Translations under genes and position numbers: made by a program
Notes under the pieces: generated by a model
Seen by the model: only the letters and a program-made list of their open reading frames with translations
Told to the model about the DNA's origin: nothing
The model's database searches: none
Part shown: piece after piece, positions 46,002-54,758 of the stretch
Layout of the letters: each line of letters opens with the position of its first letter
Position numbering within the stretch: the stretch's first letter is position 1
NCBI GenBank assembly: GCA_036677555.1
Contig: JAVBWG010000008.1
Span: 5,453 to 69,452 of the forward strand
Direction of reading: 5' to 3'
Length of the DNA stretch: 64,000 nucleotides
From: Methanomassiliicoccales archaeon
GTDB taxonomy: Archaea; Thermoplasmatota; Thermoplasmata; Methanomassiliicoccales; UBA472

Positions 46002-47804
46002 ATGGCCGTATTAGTCATCCTTGTTCTTTTGTCAGCAATGCCCTTGGCGACGACCAGCGCGAGACCGCTGGTCACCTCCATGGAAGCGCTCTCGATCACA
46101 TCTCATCCCACGATCTCGATCAATAACGACACCCAGTTATCGGAGTTCATCACCGCCAACGGGTGGAGCGGCAACGGGACGGCAGGGAACCCCTATGTGG
46201 TCGAGGATTTGGACATAGATGCCCATGGTGCGGCGAACGCCATCTTCATCGGGAACACGGTACAGCACCTGATCATCAGGGGATGCTTTCTTCACAACAC
46301 CTCCTATGCTCTGGGCGCCCTCCCGGCCAATGGCAACTGTGGCGCCACCATCTACAATTCTATGAACGTGGTCCTGGAGCAGAACGTCTGCACCGGAAAC
46401 GGCCGAGGTCTGGCATTATACCAGTCCACCAATGTCACGGTCAGGGACAACCTCTGCAATGACAATCTGCATGGAATAGGTCTGTACTACTCCAGCGGCA
46501 ACTTCATAACCGGCAACGAATGCGTCTCCGGCGGGACCGACGGCATTCATGTCGAAACCTCTTCCATGGTCGTGGTCGATGACAATCTCTGCCTTCAAAA
46601 CGGCCGCTATGGGATATGCCTGACCGGCGACTGCAACTCGAACGTGCTGGCGAACAACACCTGCGCCAACAACTCCAACGCCGGGATCCGGGTCTCCAGC
46701 TCATGCACCCTCAACTCCGTCGTAGGCAACCTGGTCGCAGAAAATCTGGGTTATGGCATATCGATAATGTCCTGCGCTGGGAACGAGATATTTGGGAACG
46801 TGATCCGTGAGAACCGGGGGGCAACGGCAGAATTCAACGCCTCAAAGGTGCAAGGGTATGACGATGGGGCGAATCGTTGGAACTCGTCCACGCTGGGCAA
46901 TCAGTGGGGCGACTGGATCGGTCCGGATGCCAATGGTGACGGCTATGTTGACATCGCCTATCTCATCGATGGTGGCTCCCATCAAGACCTGCTGCCGATA
47001 GCAACAACTTCCCCGGTCATCATCCTGAATCCTATTGAGGGAGAGGTTGTCAATGACTCGACGGTGATAGTGAGCGGTACGGCCGATCCCGACTATCCCC
47101 TCTGCATCAACGGCGCACTGGTCCGCGTGGAGACGGACGGCTCCTTCTCCCACTCGCTGAGCCTGATCGAAGGGTTGAATCGGGTCGAGGTACGATCCCT
47201 GAACCCCCTTGGCGAGGTCAGTGGCTATGTGAACGTCACCTACGTGAACGATCTGCGCGCTGAGCTGGATGAACTGAAGAACAGGCTGGAAGAGATGGAA
47301 GATCGCATGGACGGCATGGACCAGCGGGTGGACGACCTGACCGAGTCGCTGGACGAGGCCATGCAGGGCCTGGACGCCGCGATGGAGAACATAACCGCTC
47401 TGGGGACCGACCTCAACGGCACTCTCGTCGTGCTCGACCAGACCCGGGAATGGCTGAGCGCCGTGGAGGCTCAGCTGGCCGAATGTTATGGAGACCTCAA
47501 TCTTACCGAAGCGGAGGTCGATTCCCTTCTGGAGCAGGTCTCCACCATGCGAGGGTCCCTGATCGATCTTAGGGACTCACTGAACCTCACCGGCGAGCAG
47601 GCGGCAGCGTTGGAGGCGGCGCTGAACGCAGCAATAGCGGACCTGTCCTCGGCCGAAGACCATCTGGTATCGCTGCAATCCGATGTTGACGAACTCCAGG
47701 AGGACTGGCTGCCCCTCCTGCTGGGCGCGGCCGGACTGGTCATGGGGGCGTTGGCACTGGTCCTGTTCGTCCTGGTCTACGCCAGGAAGATCAAGCTGCC
47801 TTGA
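46002..47804 (+). CDS. Secreted right-handed beta-helix (PbH1/NosD-like) protein with coiled-coil stalk and C-terminal TM anchor
   Basis: Signal peptide MAVLVILVLLSAMPLATTSA. Repeating N.C..N...GI.L units (NVCTGNGRGLALY, NLCNDNLHGIGLY, NTCANNSNAGIRV). Long heptad region 47240-47700. C-terminus LLLGAAGLVMGALALVLFVLVYARKIK. Confidence 0.8.
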   Translation: MAVLVILVLLSAMPLATTSARPLVTSMEALSITSHPTISINNDTQLSEFITANGWSGNGTAGNPYVVEDLDIDAHGAANAIFIGNTVQHLIIRGCFLHNTSYALGALPANGNCGATIYNSMNVVLEQNVCTGNGRGLALYQSTNVTVRDNLCNDNLHGIGLYYSSGNFITGNECVSGGTDGIHVETSSMVVVDDNLCLQNGRYGICLTGDCNSNVLANNTCANNSNAGIRVSSSCTLNSVVGNLVAENLGYGISIMSCAGNEIFGNVIRENRGATAEFNASKVQGYDDGANRWNSSTLGNQWGDWIGPDANGDGYVDIAYLIDGGSHQDLLPIATTSPVIILNPIEGEVVNDSTVIVSGTADPDYPLCINGALVRVETDGSFSHSLSLIEGLNRVEVRSLNPLGEVSGYVNVTYVNDLRAELDELKNRLEEMEDRMDGMDQRVDDLTESLDEAMQGLDAAMENITALGTDLNGTLVVLDQTREWLSAVEAQLAECYGDLNLTEAEVDSLLEQVSTMRGSLIDLRDSLNLTGEQAAALEAALNAAIADLSSAEDHLVSLQSDVDELQEDWLPLLLGAAGLVMGALALVLFVLVYARKIKLP

Positions 47805-47826
47805 GCCGGGCGGTCAAACCTCTATG

Positions 47827-47944
47827 TAAAAGTGGCCTGACCGGCCACTCCCTTATTCTTTATGGACGTCCAGTCCTACGTATCTCATGGTCTGATCGCC
47901 TCCGTTTTTGTCCTAAACTAACGATAGGCGTCAGGCCACTTTTA
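47827..47944. repeat. 118-bp element bounded by a perfect 15-bp inverted repeat (MITE-like or structured RNA)
   Basis: TAAAAGTGGCCTGAC (47827-47841) is the exact reverse complement of GTCAGGCCACTTTTA (47930-47944). The left arm also forms a local hairpin AGTGGCC-N5-GGCCACT. Confidence 0.5.
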
Positions 47945-48022
47945 GCATTCCATCCCCTTCCTCTTTTTTTAATTCCCTATGAATCCAAGGTCCGAAAAAA
48001 GAAAGATGAAAATTGAAGAAGG

Positions 48023-48094
48023 TGCGGACACCGGGATTCGAACCCGGGTTCGAAGCTTGGGAAGCTCCAGTCCTGACCACTAGACTATGTCCGC
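48023..48094 (-). tRNA. tRNA-Gly (anticodon CCC)
   Basis: Hand-folded cloverleaf. Acceptor GCGGACA/TGTCCGC, D arm GTCT-AGTGGTCA-GGAC, anticodon arm GGAGC-TTCCCAA-GCTTC, T arm CCGGG-TTCGAAT-CCCGG, discriminator A; no intron; CCA not encoded. Confidence 0.9.
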
Positions 48095-48132
48095 TTTGAG
48101 CTACTAGATTACAAGTTCTCGTTTAAAGGTTT

Positions 48133-48408
48133 TCACTTGCTGACGGTCTTCAGCAGGTTCTCCAGCTCGGAAATTATGCGGTAGATGACCGTCCTTCCGT
48201 GCATCGGGATGTTGGGGTCGTTGGCCAGATCGTCCAATTTTCCTATGGCCCCGGCGACCCTGACGTCCAGGGCCTCGCCGTCCTGGTTCAGCCTGCCCTT
48301 GGCCTCGGTGGCGCCGCGCCTGATGTTGCGGGGCACGGAGGTGTCCTCCGAGAGCTGGTCCAAGACATCTATGATCTGTTTGAGTTTCGTTTTCGCATCA
48401 TATTCCAT
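48133..48408 (-). CDS. UPF0147 family protein
   Basis: 91 aa. DTSVPRNIRRGATEA...LANDPNIPMHGRTVIY matches the conserved archaeal UPF0147 pattern. Confidence 0.7.
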   Translation of the reverse strand: MEYDAKTKLKQIIDVLDQLSEDTSVPRNIRRGATEAKGRLNQDGEALDVRVAGAIGKLDDLANDPNIPMHGRTVIYRIISELENLLKTVSK

Positions 48409-48441
48409 GCAATCACTTCCTGTTCGATCTGGATGGGTTCC

Positions 48442-48786
48442 TTAGGCCGGGACGGACCTCAGTTCGCCCTTCTCCTTGAAGGCCGCCACCACCATAAGGG
48501 TCTTGGTGTCCTTGACCCCGTTCACGGCGGACAGCTCCTCCACCAGGAACCTCTTGAGCTGGGTATAGTTATTGAACTTCGCCTTGACGACGATGTCGGT
48601 GTCCCCGGTGACCAGGAACACGTCCACCGCCGGCTGGAGCGAGGAAACGTTCTCGCATACAGCATCGGCGTCCTTGGTATCGACCTTGAGGGTAATGATC
48701 GCGGTGACCTCCTCATCACCGTAATATGAGGATAATGTCGGCTCTTTCTCGCTCTGTTGCACGCGCAACCCTCCTCGCACGCTCAT
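48442..48786 (-). CDS. Stand-alone Lrp/AsnC ligand-binding (RAM) domain protein
   Basis: VTAIITLKV...VDVFLVTGDTDIVVKAKF...LKRFLVEELSAVNGVKDTKTLMVV. No HTH; true start may be internal. Confidence 0.65.
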   Translation of the reverse strand: MSVRGGLRVQQSEKEPTLSSYYGDEEVTAIITLKVDTKDADAVCENVSSLQPAVDVFLVTGDTDIVVKAKFNNYTQLKRFLVEELSAVNGVKDTKTLMVVAAFKEKGELRSVPA

Positions 48787-48842
48787 GGCAGGCCGCTAAG
48801 GCGGCTGTGCTGGACCTCAGAAAGTGAAAAAAACGGAAGCGA

Positions 48843-49010
48843 TCACATCGCGTTCTCGAATTCCTCTTGCAGATCGATTATGACCTGCTCAAGGACCTCT
48901 TCCAGGCTGCTGCTCTGGTATTCCCGGAGGCCCCCGAGTTCGCTTTGCACCCGCGCAACGAAGTTGTTGTTGTCTTTGAGGAATTCAACATTGCAAAGAG
49001 ACTCTTCCAT
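48843..49010 (-). CDS. Unlisted 55-aa ORF, possible UPF0150/HicB-like small protein
   Basis: My own translation: MEESLCNVEFLKDNNNFVARVQSELGGLREYQSSSLEEVLEQVIIDLQEEFENAM. GGGGTGA 5 nt upstream of ATG, TATA-like CTATTATATAGG ~65 nt upstream, T7 run after stop. Below the 60-aa track cut-off. Confidence 0.35.
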   Translation of the reverse strand: MEESLCNVEFLKDNNNFVARVQSELGGLREYQSSSLEEVLEQVIIDLQEEFENAM

Positions 49011-49159
49011 GATCGTTCACCCCAGTCCAACATCCATGAGCGTTGGTCTGTTTTGGCGAATGAACGGTTCCCTATATAATAGTTGTCTTAGGCCTTCCGA
49101 CCCCTATCCAGACATCTGGCATCAGAAATTGATTATTAAATTATTATATAAAAAAATGT

Positions 49160-49561
49160 TTACAGGTTCTTCTCCAAGAACAGCGCCGGCCGGTCCTTGC
49201 CAAAATAGTTGGCGACATCCCCCGCTTTGCGGTATCCGGCAGACTCCAGGTCCGGCAGGACCGGGCTGTCCGGCGCCACCTCCAAGGTGAGCTTCGCCGT
49301 TCCAGCCCGCCGGGAGGATTCCTCTGCCCCCTTCAGGAGATCGCCGGCCGATCCGCCGACCATCAGCAGGACCCTGCTCTTCCCGCCCTTTCCCTCGTGA
49401 TAGACCACGATCCCCGACTCCCCGGCCACCAGAACCGCGAAGTCCGGGGCCATCATGAACATCTCCAATGCGGAATATGAGAAGCTGGGCCCGCCCAATG
49501 CATTCGGCCTGCCGTCCATTCCCAGCAGGTCCCCCCTCTTTGCCTCCTTGACCTTGACCAT
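49160..49561 (-). CDS. GNAT-like acetyltransferase-fold protein (degenerate)
   Basis: 133 aa. C-terminal RRAGTAKLTLEV...ESAGYRKAG resembles GNAT motif A/B; 1 nt downstream of rimI stop. Confidence 0.45.
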   Translation of the reverse strand: MVKVKEAKRGDLLGMDGRPNALGGPSFSYSALEMFMMAPDFAVLVAGESGIVVYHEGKGGKSRVLLMVGGSAGDLLKGAEESSRRAGTAKLTLEVAPDSPVLPDLESAGYRKAGDVANYFGKDRPALFLEKNL

Positions 49562-49562
49562 A

Positions 49563-50003
49563 CTATCGCTCCAGATGCTTGACCATCATGTAGGCGTCGC
49601 TCCCGTCCTCATAGTAGCCGGAGCAGAGCGCCAGCACCTTATAGCCCAGGGACAGGTAAAGGTTGACCCCCTCGGCGTTATCGGGACGGACGCACAGCGC
49701 AACCGTCCCCGCGTCCTTCCCGGCCGACGATTCCGCCCGGGCCATGAGCTCCCTGGCGATGCCACGCCTGCGGAACGCCGGGGAGACGGCCAGCGAAAGA
49801 ACCTCCATGGTCTCGTACGGCCGGGAGATGGAGAACATCACATAGGCCACCACCGCGCCGTCCTCGGCCACCATGGTCAGCACGTCCTCCCGGTCCATCA
49901 GCTGCCGAACGTACTCCAGGTCCCATCGGCGCGGCCCGAAGGCGCCCTGCTCCACGGCCATTATCGCTGGGAGGTCCGCAACCTCCGCCTCACGCACACG
50001 CAC
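49563..50003 (-). CDS. rimI: GNAT N-acetyltransferase, RimI-like
   Basis: Trimmed to GTG 50003. VREAEVADLPAIMAVEQGAF..., LAVSPAFRRRGIARELM (Q/RxxGxA motif), NAEGVNLYLSLGY. Confidence 0.75.
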   Translation of the reverse strand: MRVREAEVADLPAIMAVEQGAFGPRRWDLEYVRQLMDREDVLTMVAEDGAVVAYVMFSISRPYETMEVLSLAVSPAFRRRGIARELMARAESSAGKDAGTVALCVRPDNAEGVNLYLSLGYKVLALCSGYYEDGSDAYMMVKHLER

Positions 50004-50095
50004 GCTCCAGCATCGGCCACATGGGTTATATCCATTTGCCGGAGGACCGAAATGATGGAATACAAAGATGCAGTTCTTCACAGGCCAGTGGTCAT

Positions 50096-51394
50096 ATGCA
50101 AACATTCACCAGCATCAGCTCGCTGCTCAGGTCCCCGGTCTCTGACGGCCAGGTGTGCCTGAGGGGCTGGATATACCGGACACGAAGCAGCGGGAAGATA
50201 GTCTTCGCCGTGGTAAGGGACTCCACGGGCATAATCCAGGTCACCATCAAGAAGGGCAGCCTTCCAGATGAGCAGTTCGAGGGAGCCGCCTCCGCCTCTA
50301 TAGAATCATCGGTGGAGGTCGCCGGCACCATGCATCAGGACGGGCGCGCGCCGGGCGGCTACGAGGTCCGGGCCAGCTCATACCGCGTCATCGGCTCCGC
50401 CCTTCCCTTCCCCATCACCGAGTACCAGAGCGAGGAGCTGTTGCTGGACAACCGCCATCTCTGGATCCGGTCACGGGAGCAGACCGCAGTGATGAAGGTC
50501 AAGGCCACCCTGCTGGCCGGAGCACGCGAGTGGCTGGCCGAGAACGACTTCACCGAGGTCACCCCTCCCATATTCACCCAGAACGCCTGCGAGGGCGGGG
50601 TCACGCTGTTCAAGCTCAAGTACTTCGACCGGGAGGCGTACCTGAGCCAGAGCGCCCAGATGTATCTGGAATCATTGATATTCTCCTTGGAGAAGGTCTA
50701 CTCGATCACTCCCTCGTTCCGGGCGGAAAAGTCCCGCACCTCGCGGCATCTCACGGAATATTGGCACATGGAGCTGGAGGAGGCCTGGGTGGACAACGAC
50801 GGGAACATGAGGATCCAGGAGGAGCTGGTCTCGGCCATGGTGGCCAAGGTCCTGAAGGAGCGCCGCGATGAGCTTGAGCTGCTGAAGCGGGATGTCGAAT
50901 CGCTTAAATCGGTGGTTCCCCCGTTCAAGCGTTTGCGCTACTCGGACATGATAGACCTGCTCAAGAGCAAAGGGTTCGACATAGAGTTCGGGGCGGACCT
51001 GGGGGCGGCGGAGGAACGGGCCATCACCGAGGAGGAGGCCGCTCCGGTGTTCGTCACCAACTTCCCGAAGGAGTGCAAGGCCTTCTACATGAAGGAGGAC
51101 CCGGAGGACCCGCGCACCTACAGGTGCGCCGACCTGCTGGCGCCGTTCGGCTTCGGCGAGGTCATCGGCGGCAGCGAGAGGGAGACCGATCTGAACAAGA
51201 TACTGCAGAGGCTGGAGGCGGCGGGGATACCCGAGGAGCCATACCGCTGGTACCTGGACCTCAGGCGTTACGGCTCCGTGCCTCATTCCGGCTTCGGACT
51301 GGGCGTGGAGCGCATAGCCAAGTGGGTGTGCAACCTGGAGCACATCCGGGACGCCATCCCCTACCCGAGAACGGTGGCCAGAGTTTATCCCTGA
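50096..51394 (+). CDS. asnS: Asparagine--tRNA ligase
   Basis: Trimmed to ATG 50096. Collinear with archaeal AsnRS: GWIYRTRSSGKIVF, FRAEKSRTSRHLTEYWHMELE, GGSEREtd, GSVPHSGFGLGVER, ends ARVYP. Confidence 0.9.
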   Translation: MQTFTSISSLLRSPVSDGQVCLRGWIYRTRSSGKIVFAVVRDSTGIIQVTIKKGSLPDEQFEGAASASIESSVEVAGTMHQDGRAPGGYEVRASSYRVIGSALPFPITEYQSEELLLDNRHLWIRSREQTAVMKVKATLLAGAREWLAENDFTEVTPPIFTQNACEGGVTLFKLKYFDREAYLSQSAQMYLESLIFSLEKVYSITPSFRAEKSRTSRHLTEYWHMELEEAWVDNDGNMRIQEELVSAMVAKVLKERRDELELLKRDVESLKSVVPPFKRLRYSDMIDLLKSKGFDIEFGADLGAAEERAITEEEAAPVFVTNFPKECKAFYMKEDPEDPRTYRCADLLAPFGFGEVIGGSERETDLNKILQRLEAAGIPEEPYRWYLDLRRYGSVPHSGFGLGVERIAKWVCNLEHIRDAIPYPRTVARVYP

Positions 51395-52440
51395 AGGCGC
51401 CGCCCCATCTCGCAGTAGAGGCGGTAGGCCCTTTCCAGCTGCCACCTCTCCACATACTCGTCCTTGGTATGGGCCATGTTCGGGCTTCCCGGGCCGCAAA
51501 CCGCGACCAGGGGGTTCACAGCCGAGTATACGGCCGCCTCCGTGGCATACGGCACCGCGAATATGCCGTCGGCTCCGGCGTCCAGCAGCTCGGTTATCAG
51601 GGGCGTGTCCGGCGACGTCTCGAAGGCTGGCAGCTCATACTGCATTATGATGTCGTACGACTCGCCCTCCAGATGGTGCATGATCCTCTCCCTGACCTCC
51701 TTGGCGGTTAGCGGGTAAGGGAAGCGGGCGTTAAGCTGGGCGTCGCACCGGTCGGGCACGATGTTGTTGCGCGTGCCCCCCTTGATCGTGGAGACCACCA
51801 AGGTGAGGTCGTCCGTCGGTCCCGGGGGGACCTTGAGCAGGGGGTCCAATCTGTCCAGCAGGGAGGCCATCCTCATGATGGCGTTGTCCCCGTTCCAGGG
51901 CATGCTGGCGTGAGCCGCCACGCCATGTGCGGTCAATGTGAGGCGTGATATCCCCTTCTCCTTCCAGGCCACCCTCAGGTCCGTGGGCTCGCCGACAAGG
52001 ATCCCGCTCGCCCGGCGCACCTCCGGTCTTCTGGAGAGGAACTCCGCCCCGGTCATCAGCTCCTCCTCGTCGGTGGTGATGAGCAGAGCGAACGGAACAT
52101 CCTCGTCCTTCAGGACCCGGGCCGCGGCCATCATGGCGGCCAATCCGCCCTTCATATCCGCCGCCCCCAGCCCGTAGACGCGTCCGGCCTCCACCTCCCC
52201 GTCCTCCCTGGTCCAGTCGTCCCCGGCGGGGACGGTGTCCAGATGGGCGGCGAAGGCGATGCCCCCCCTTCCATGCGAGGCTATCATGGCCGGACTGTCC
52301 TGGGCCCCGCCGACGGCAATCTCCAGGCCAAGCTCCTCCAGCCTGGAGCGCACCAGCTCGAACAGGGCCTTCTTGCCCTCGTTGGTATCGCTGCGCACGT
52401 TAAGCAGCTCGATCAGGTTACGGACAAGCTCTCGGGTCAT
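51385..52440 (-). CDS. M20-family metallopeptidase/deacylase (ArgE/DapE/LysK-like)
   Basis: AHLDTVP, GLGAADMKGG, TTDEE metal-ligand motifs; 351 aa. Confidence 0.8.
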   Translation of the reverse strand: MTRELVRNLIELLNVRSDTNEGKKALFELVRSRLEELGLEIAVGGAQDSPAMIASHGRGGIAFAAHLDTVPAGDDWTREDGEVEAGRVYGLGAADMKGGLAAMMAAARVLKDEDVPFALLITTDEEELMTGAEFLSRRPEVRRASGILVGEPTDLRVAWKEKGISRLTLTAHGVAAHASMPWNGDNAIMRMASLLDRLDPLLKVPPGPTDDLTLVVSTIKGGTRNNIVPDRCDAQLNARFPYPLTAKEVRERIMHHLEGESYDIIMQYELPAFETSPDTPLITELLDAGADGIFAVPYATEAAVYSAVNPLVAVCGPGSPNMAHTKDEYVERWQLERAYRLYCEMGRRLQG

Positions 52441-52444
52441 GCGA

Positions 52445-53554
52445 TCATTTCCGATAGAACGGCGGCTCCACCACCTGTGCCGGGACCGCCTCGTCGCGGA
52501 TCCTCACCGCCAGCTCGGTGCCAGCCGCCGCCAGTCTCTGAGGGACGTATCCCAGCGCTATGCCCTCCCTTAGGCAGGGGGACATGTTGCCGCTGGTGAC
52601 CTTCCCCACGTCCTTTCCCGCGTGGACGATGGCATAGCCATGCCGGGGAACCCCCTTCCCCAGGAGCCTGAGCCCCACCAGCACATCGTACTTACGTTCC
52701 CTCTGCAGTATCAGCACATCCCGGCCGATGAATGGATGGTCCATCTTCACCACCCAGGGAGGACCGGTCTGCAGCGACGTCTGGCTGCCGTCGAAGTCCG
52801 TTCCCGACAGCAGGTAGCCCATCTCCAGGCGCAGGGTGTCCCGGGCACCAAGCCCGATAGGTCTAACCTTTCCCGTCTGTAACAGCTTGTTCCACAACCA
52901 CGGGGCGTCACGGTCCTCAACAAGGACCTCGAAGCCGTCCTCACCGGTGTAGCCGGTGCGGGCGATGTAGCAGCCCACCCCCTCCCCCCTGGTGGCGAAA
53001 TGCTCAGCCAGGAAGTGCGAGCTTTTCCCGGAAAGGAACGCGAAACGGCCCTGGAAGCGCTTCAGGGTGGAGAGGTCCGTGGAGCACATTCCCTGCATGA
53101 CGACCTCCGCCAAAGGGCCCTGCACGGCCAGGCAGGCCAACCTCGTGGACAGGTCGATGACCTTGAGGTCCCTGGTGTTCCCCTTCACCCATTCCCGGAC
53201 CCGGTCCACGTTGGAGGCGTTGGGCACCATGAGGTACTGCCCGTCTGAAATATGGTAGGTGATGACGTCATCGATTATCTGGCCGTCGGTGTTCAGCAGA
53301 TGCCCGTAGACCGCCTTGCCCACCGGGGCCTTGCTGATCGGATTGGTAAGCAGTCCGTCCAGCTGGATGGCCGCCTGCGGACCCCTTATGAGCAGGTCGC
53401 CCATGTGAGACACGTCGAAGACCCCGCATTCCCTCCGCACGTGGAAGTGCTCCTCGATGATCCCGGAGTACTGGATGGGCATCTCCCAGCCGGCGAACTC
53501 CACCATCCTGGCCCCGGCGGCCAGGTGCTCCTGGTAAAGCGGCGTCCTCTTCAT
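52445..53554 (-). CDS. gcvT: Aminomethyltransferase (glycine cleavage T protein)
   Basis: MKRTPLYQEHLAAGARMVEFAGWEMPIQY...GVFDVSHMG; 369 aa. Confidence 0.9.
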   Translation of the reverse strand: MKRTPLYQEHLAAGARMVEFAGWEMPIQYSGIIEEHFHVRRECGVFDVSHMGDLLIRGPQAAIQLDGLLTNPISKAPVGKAVYGHLLNTDGQIIDDVITYHISDGQYLMVPNASNVDRVREWVKGNTRDLKVIDLSTRLACLAVQGPLAEVVMQGMCSTDLSTLKRFQGRFAFLSGKSSHFLAEHFATRGEGVGCYIARTGYTGEDGFEVLVEDRDAPWLWNKLLQTGKVRPIGLGARDTLRLEMGYLLSGTDFDGSQTSLQTGPPWVVKMDHPFIGRDVLILQRERKYDVLVGLRLLGKGVPRHGYAIVHAGKDVGKVTSGNMSPCLREGIALGYVPQRLAAAGTELAVRIRDEAVPAQVVEPPFYRK

Positions 53555-53598
53555 GCTTTCAACCGTTAAATGGCGGCAACATTATCAATAGCTTTCCG

Positions 53599-54753
53599 TC
53601 AGGCCCCCAGGACCTCTTCCAGCCTCTGCCGGACCACCTTGGCCGGGACATCGGGGAGCGAAATGTACGTCGTACGTCCGCCGGTCTCCTCGTTGGCCAC
53701 CCTCGTACCGACTAAACCCTGGTTGGTCAGGTCCTGGAGGTAAGACCAGAACATGGTGTGCCCTCTGGGCTTCTCGCCATACTCCTCGGCCACCAGCCGG
53801 TACACCGCCTCCGCCTCCGGCGTCTTTACGTACGCCTGGTCCTTTATCGCCCTGGCCACGGCAAGAAGGACCATTCTGTGCTGCTTGTCCAGGTCCTCGA
53901 TCTTGCTCTCGGTGACCACCGAATAGGTCAGCGCTTTGGCGCCCCGAACATGCTCCGGGGCCAGATGCTCCATCCCCTCCTCCTCGGCCAGCATTCCCGC
54001 CTTGTCCAGAAGCTCGATGGCGAACCGGGCGTCCCCGAACTCCCCGGCGATGTCCGCCATGAGATCCAGGGCGTCCTGGCGCACCACCCCGGGGAAGAAT
54101 GCCAGGTCGGCGCGTATCCTGAGTATGTCGGCCAGGTCCCGCACTCCGTACCTGTCGAAGCGGATGGCGTTGGCCCGGCGGAACGTGGAGGACGAGGCGG
54201 CGTCCAGCATGTCCAACACGTTCTTCTGGGATATCATGATGACCGACATCGACGGGCGTCCTCCCACCAGTTCCTCGTCGAAGCGGGTGAGCTGATAGAT
54301 AAGGTCGCTGGCCCCCTTGGCCAGGAGGACGTCTGCCTCATCCAGAACGACCACCAGATGCATCTTGCGCTTCTCCAGGTGCCTGCGGATGGAGCGTAGC
54401 ATCTCTTCCGTCGAGAACCCGCGGTCGGGGAAGTTCTCATCGAAATGCATGACGATGCGGCGGAGCACGGCCACCTCAGTGGAGCGCTGCCGGCAGTTGA
54501 CGATGATGTAATCCATCGGCCTGCCGCGTTCCTGAGCGGCCTTCATGAGGTCGAGGCAGAAGCGTTTCGACGTGGCGGTCTTCCCGGTACCCACGCTGCC
54601 GATCAGGAACGCGGTCTGGGACATGCTTCCCTCCAGTACCGGGCGGAATAGCATATCCAGCCTTTCCAGCTGTTCCTCGCGGTGGCACAGCTTGTCGGGA
54701 ACGTAATCGAACGATAGCTTGGATTGGTCCTTGAACAGGCGTGGGTTTCGCAT
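53599..54753 (-). CDS. cdc6: Orc1/Cdc6 replication initiator paralog
   Basis: Walker A GSVGTGKT, Walker B VVLDEAD, sensor regions and C-terminal winged helix; 384 aa. Confidence 0.9.
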   Translation of the reverse strand: MRNPRLFKDQSKLSFDYVPDKLCHREEQLERLDMLFRPVLEGSMSQTAFLIGSVGTGKTATSKRFCLDLMKAAQERGRPMDYIIVNCRQRSTEVAVLRRIVMHFDENFPDRGFSTEEMLRSIRRHLEKRKMHLVVVLDEADVLLAKGASDLIYQLTRFDEELVGGRPSMSVIMISQKNVLDMLDAASSSTFRRANAIRFDRYGVRDLADILRIRADLAFFPGVVRQDALDLMADIAGEFGDARFAIELLDKAGMLAEEEGMEHLAPEHVRGAKALTYSVVTESKIEDLDKQHRMVLLAVARAIKDQAYVKTPEAEAVYRLVAEEYGEKPRGHTMFWSYLQDLTNQGLVGTRVANEETGGRTTYISLPDVPAKVVRQRLEEVLGA

Positions 54754-54758
54754 CTACA

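Noticed and set aside
47801-48016. 71-aa plus-strand ORF between the beta-helix gene and tRNA-Gly
   Set aside because: It starts with a TTG overlapping the upstream stop, runs through the inverted-repeat element and T/A-rich spacer, and has no coding-type codon bias.
53555-54758. Replication origin directly flanking orc1/cdc6
   Set aside because: Both flanks are too short (44 bp and 5 bp) and are not AT-rich. I saw no ORB-like dyads.
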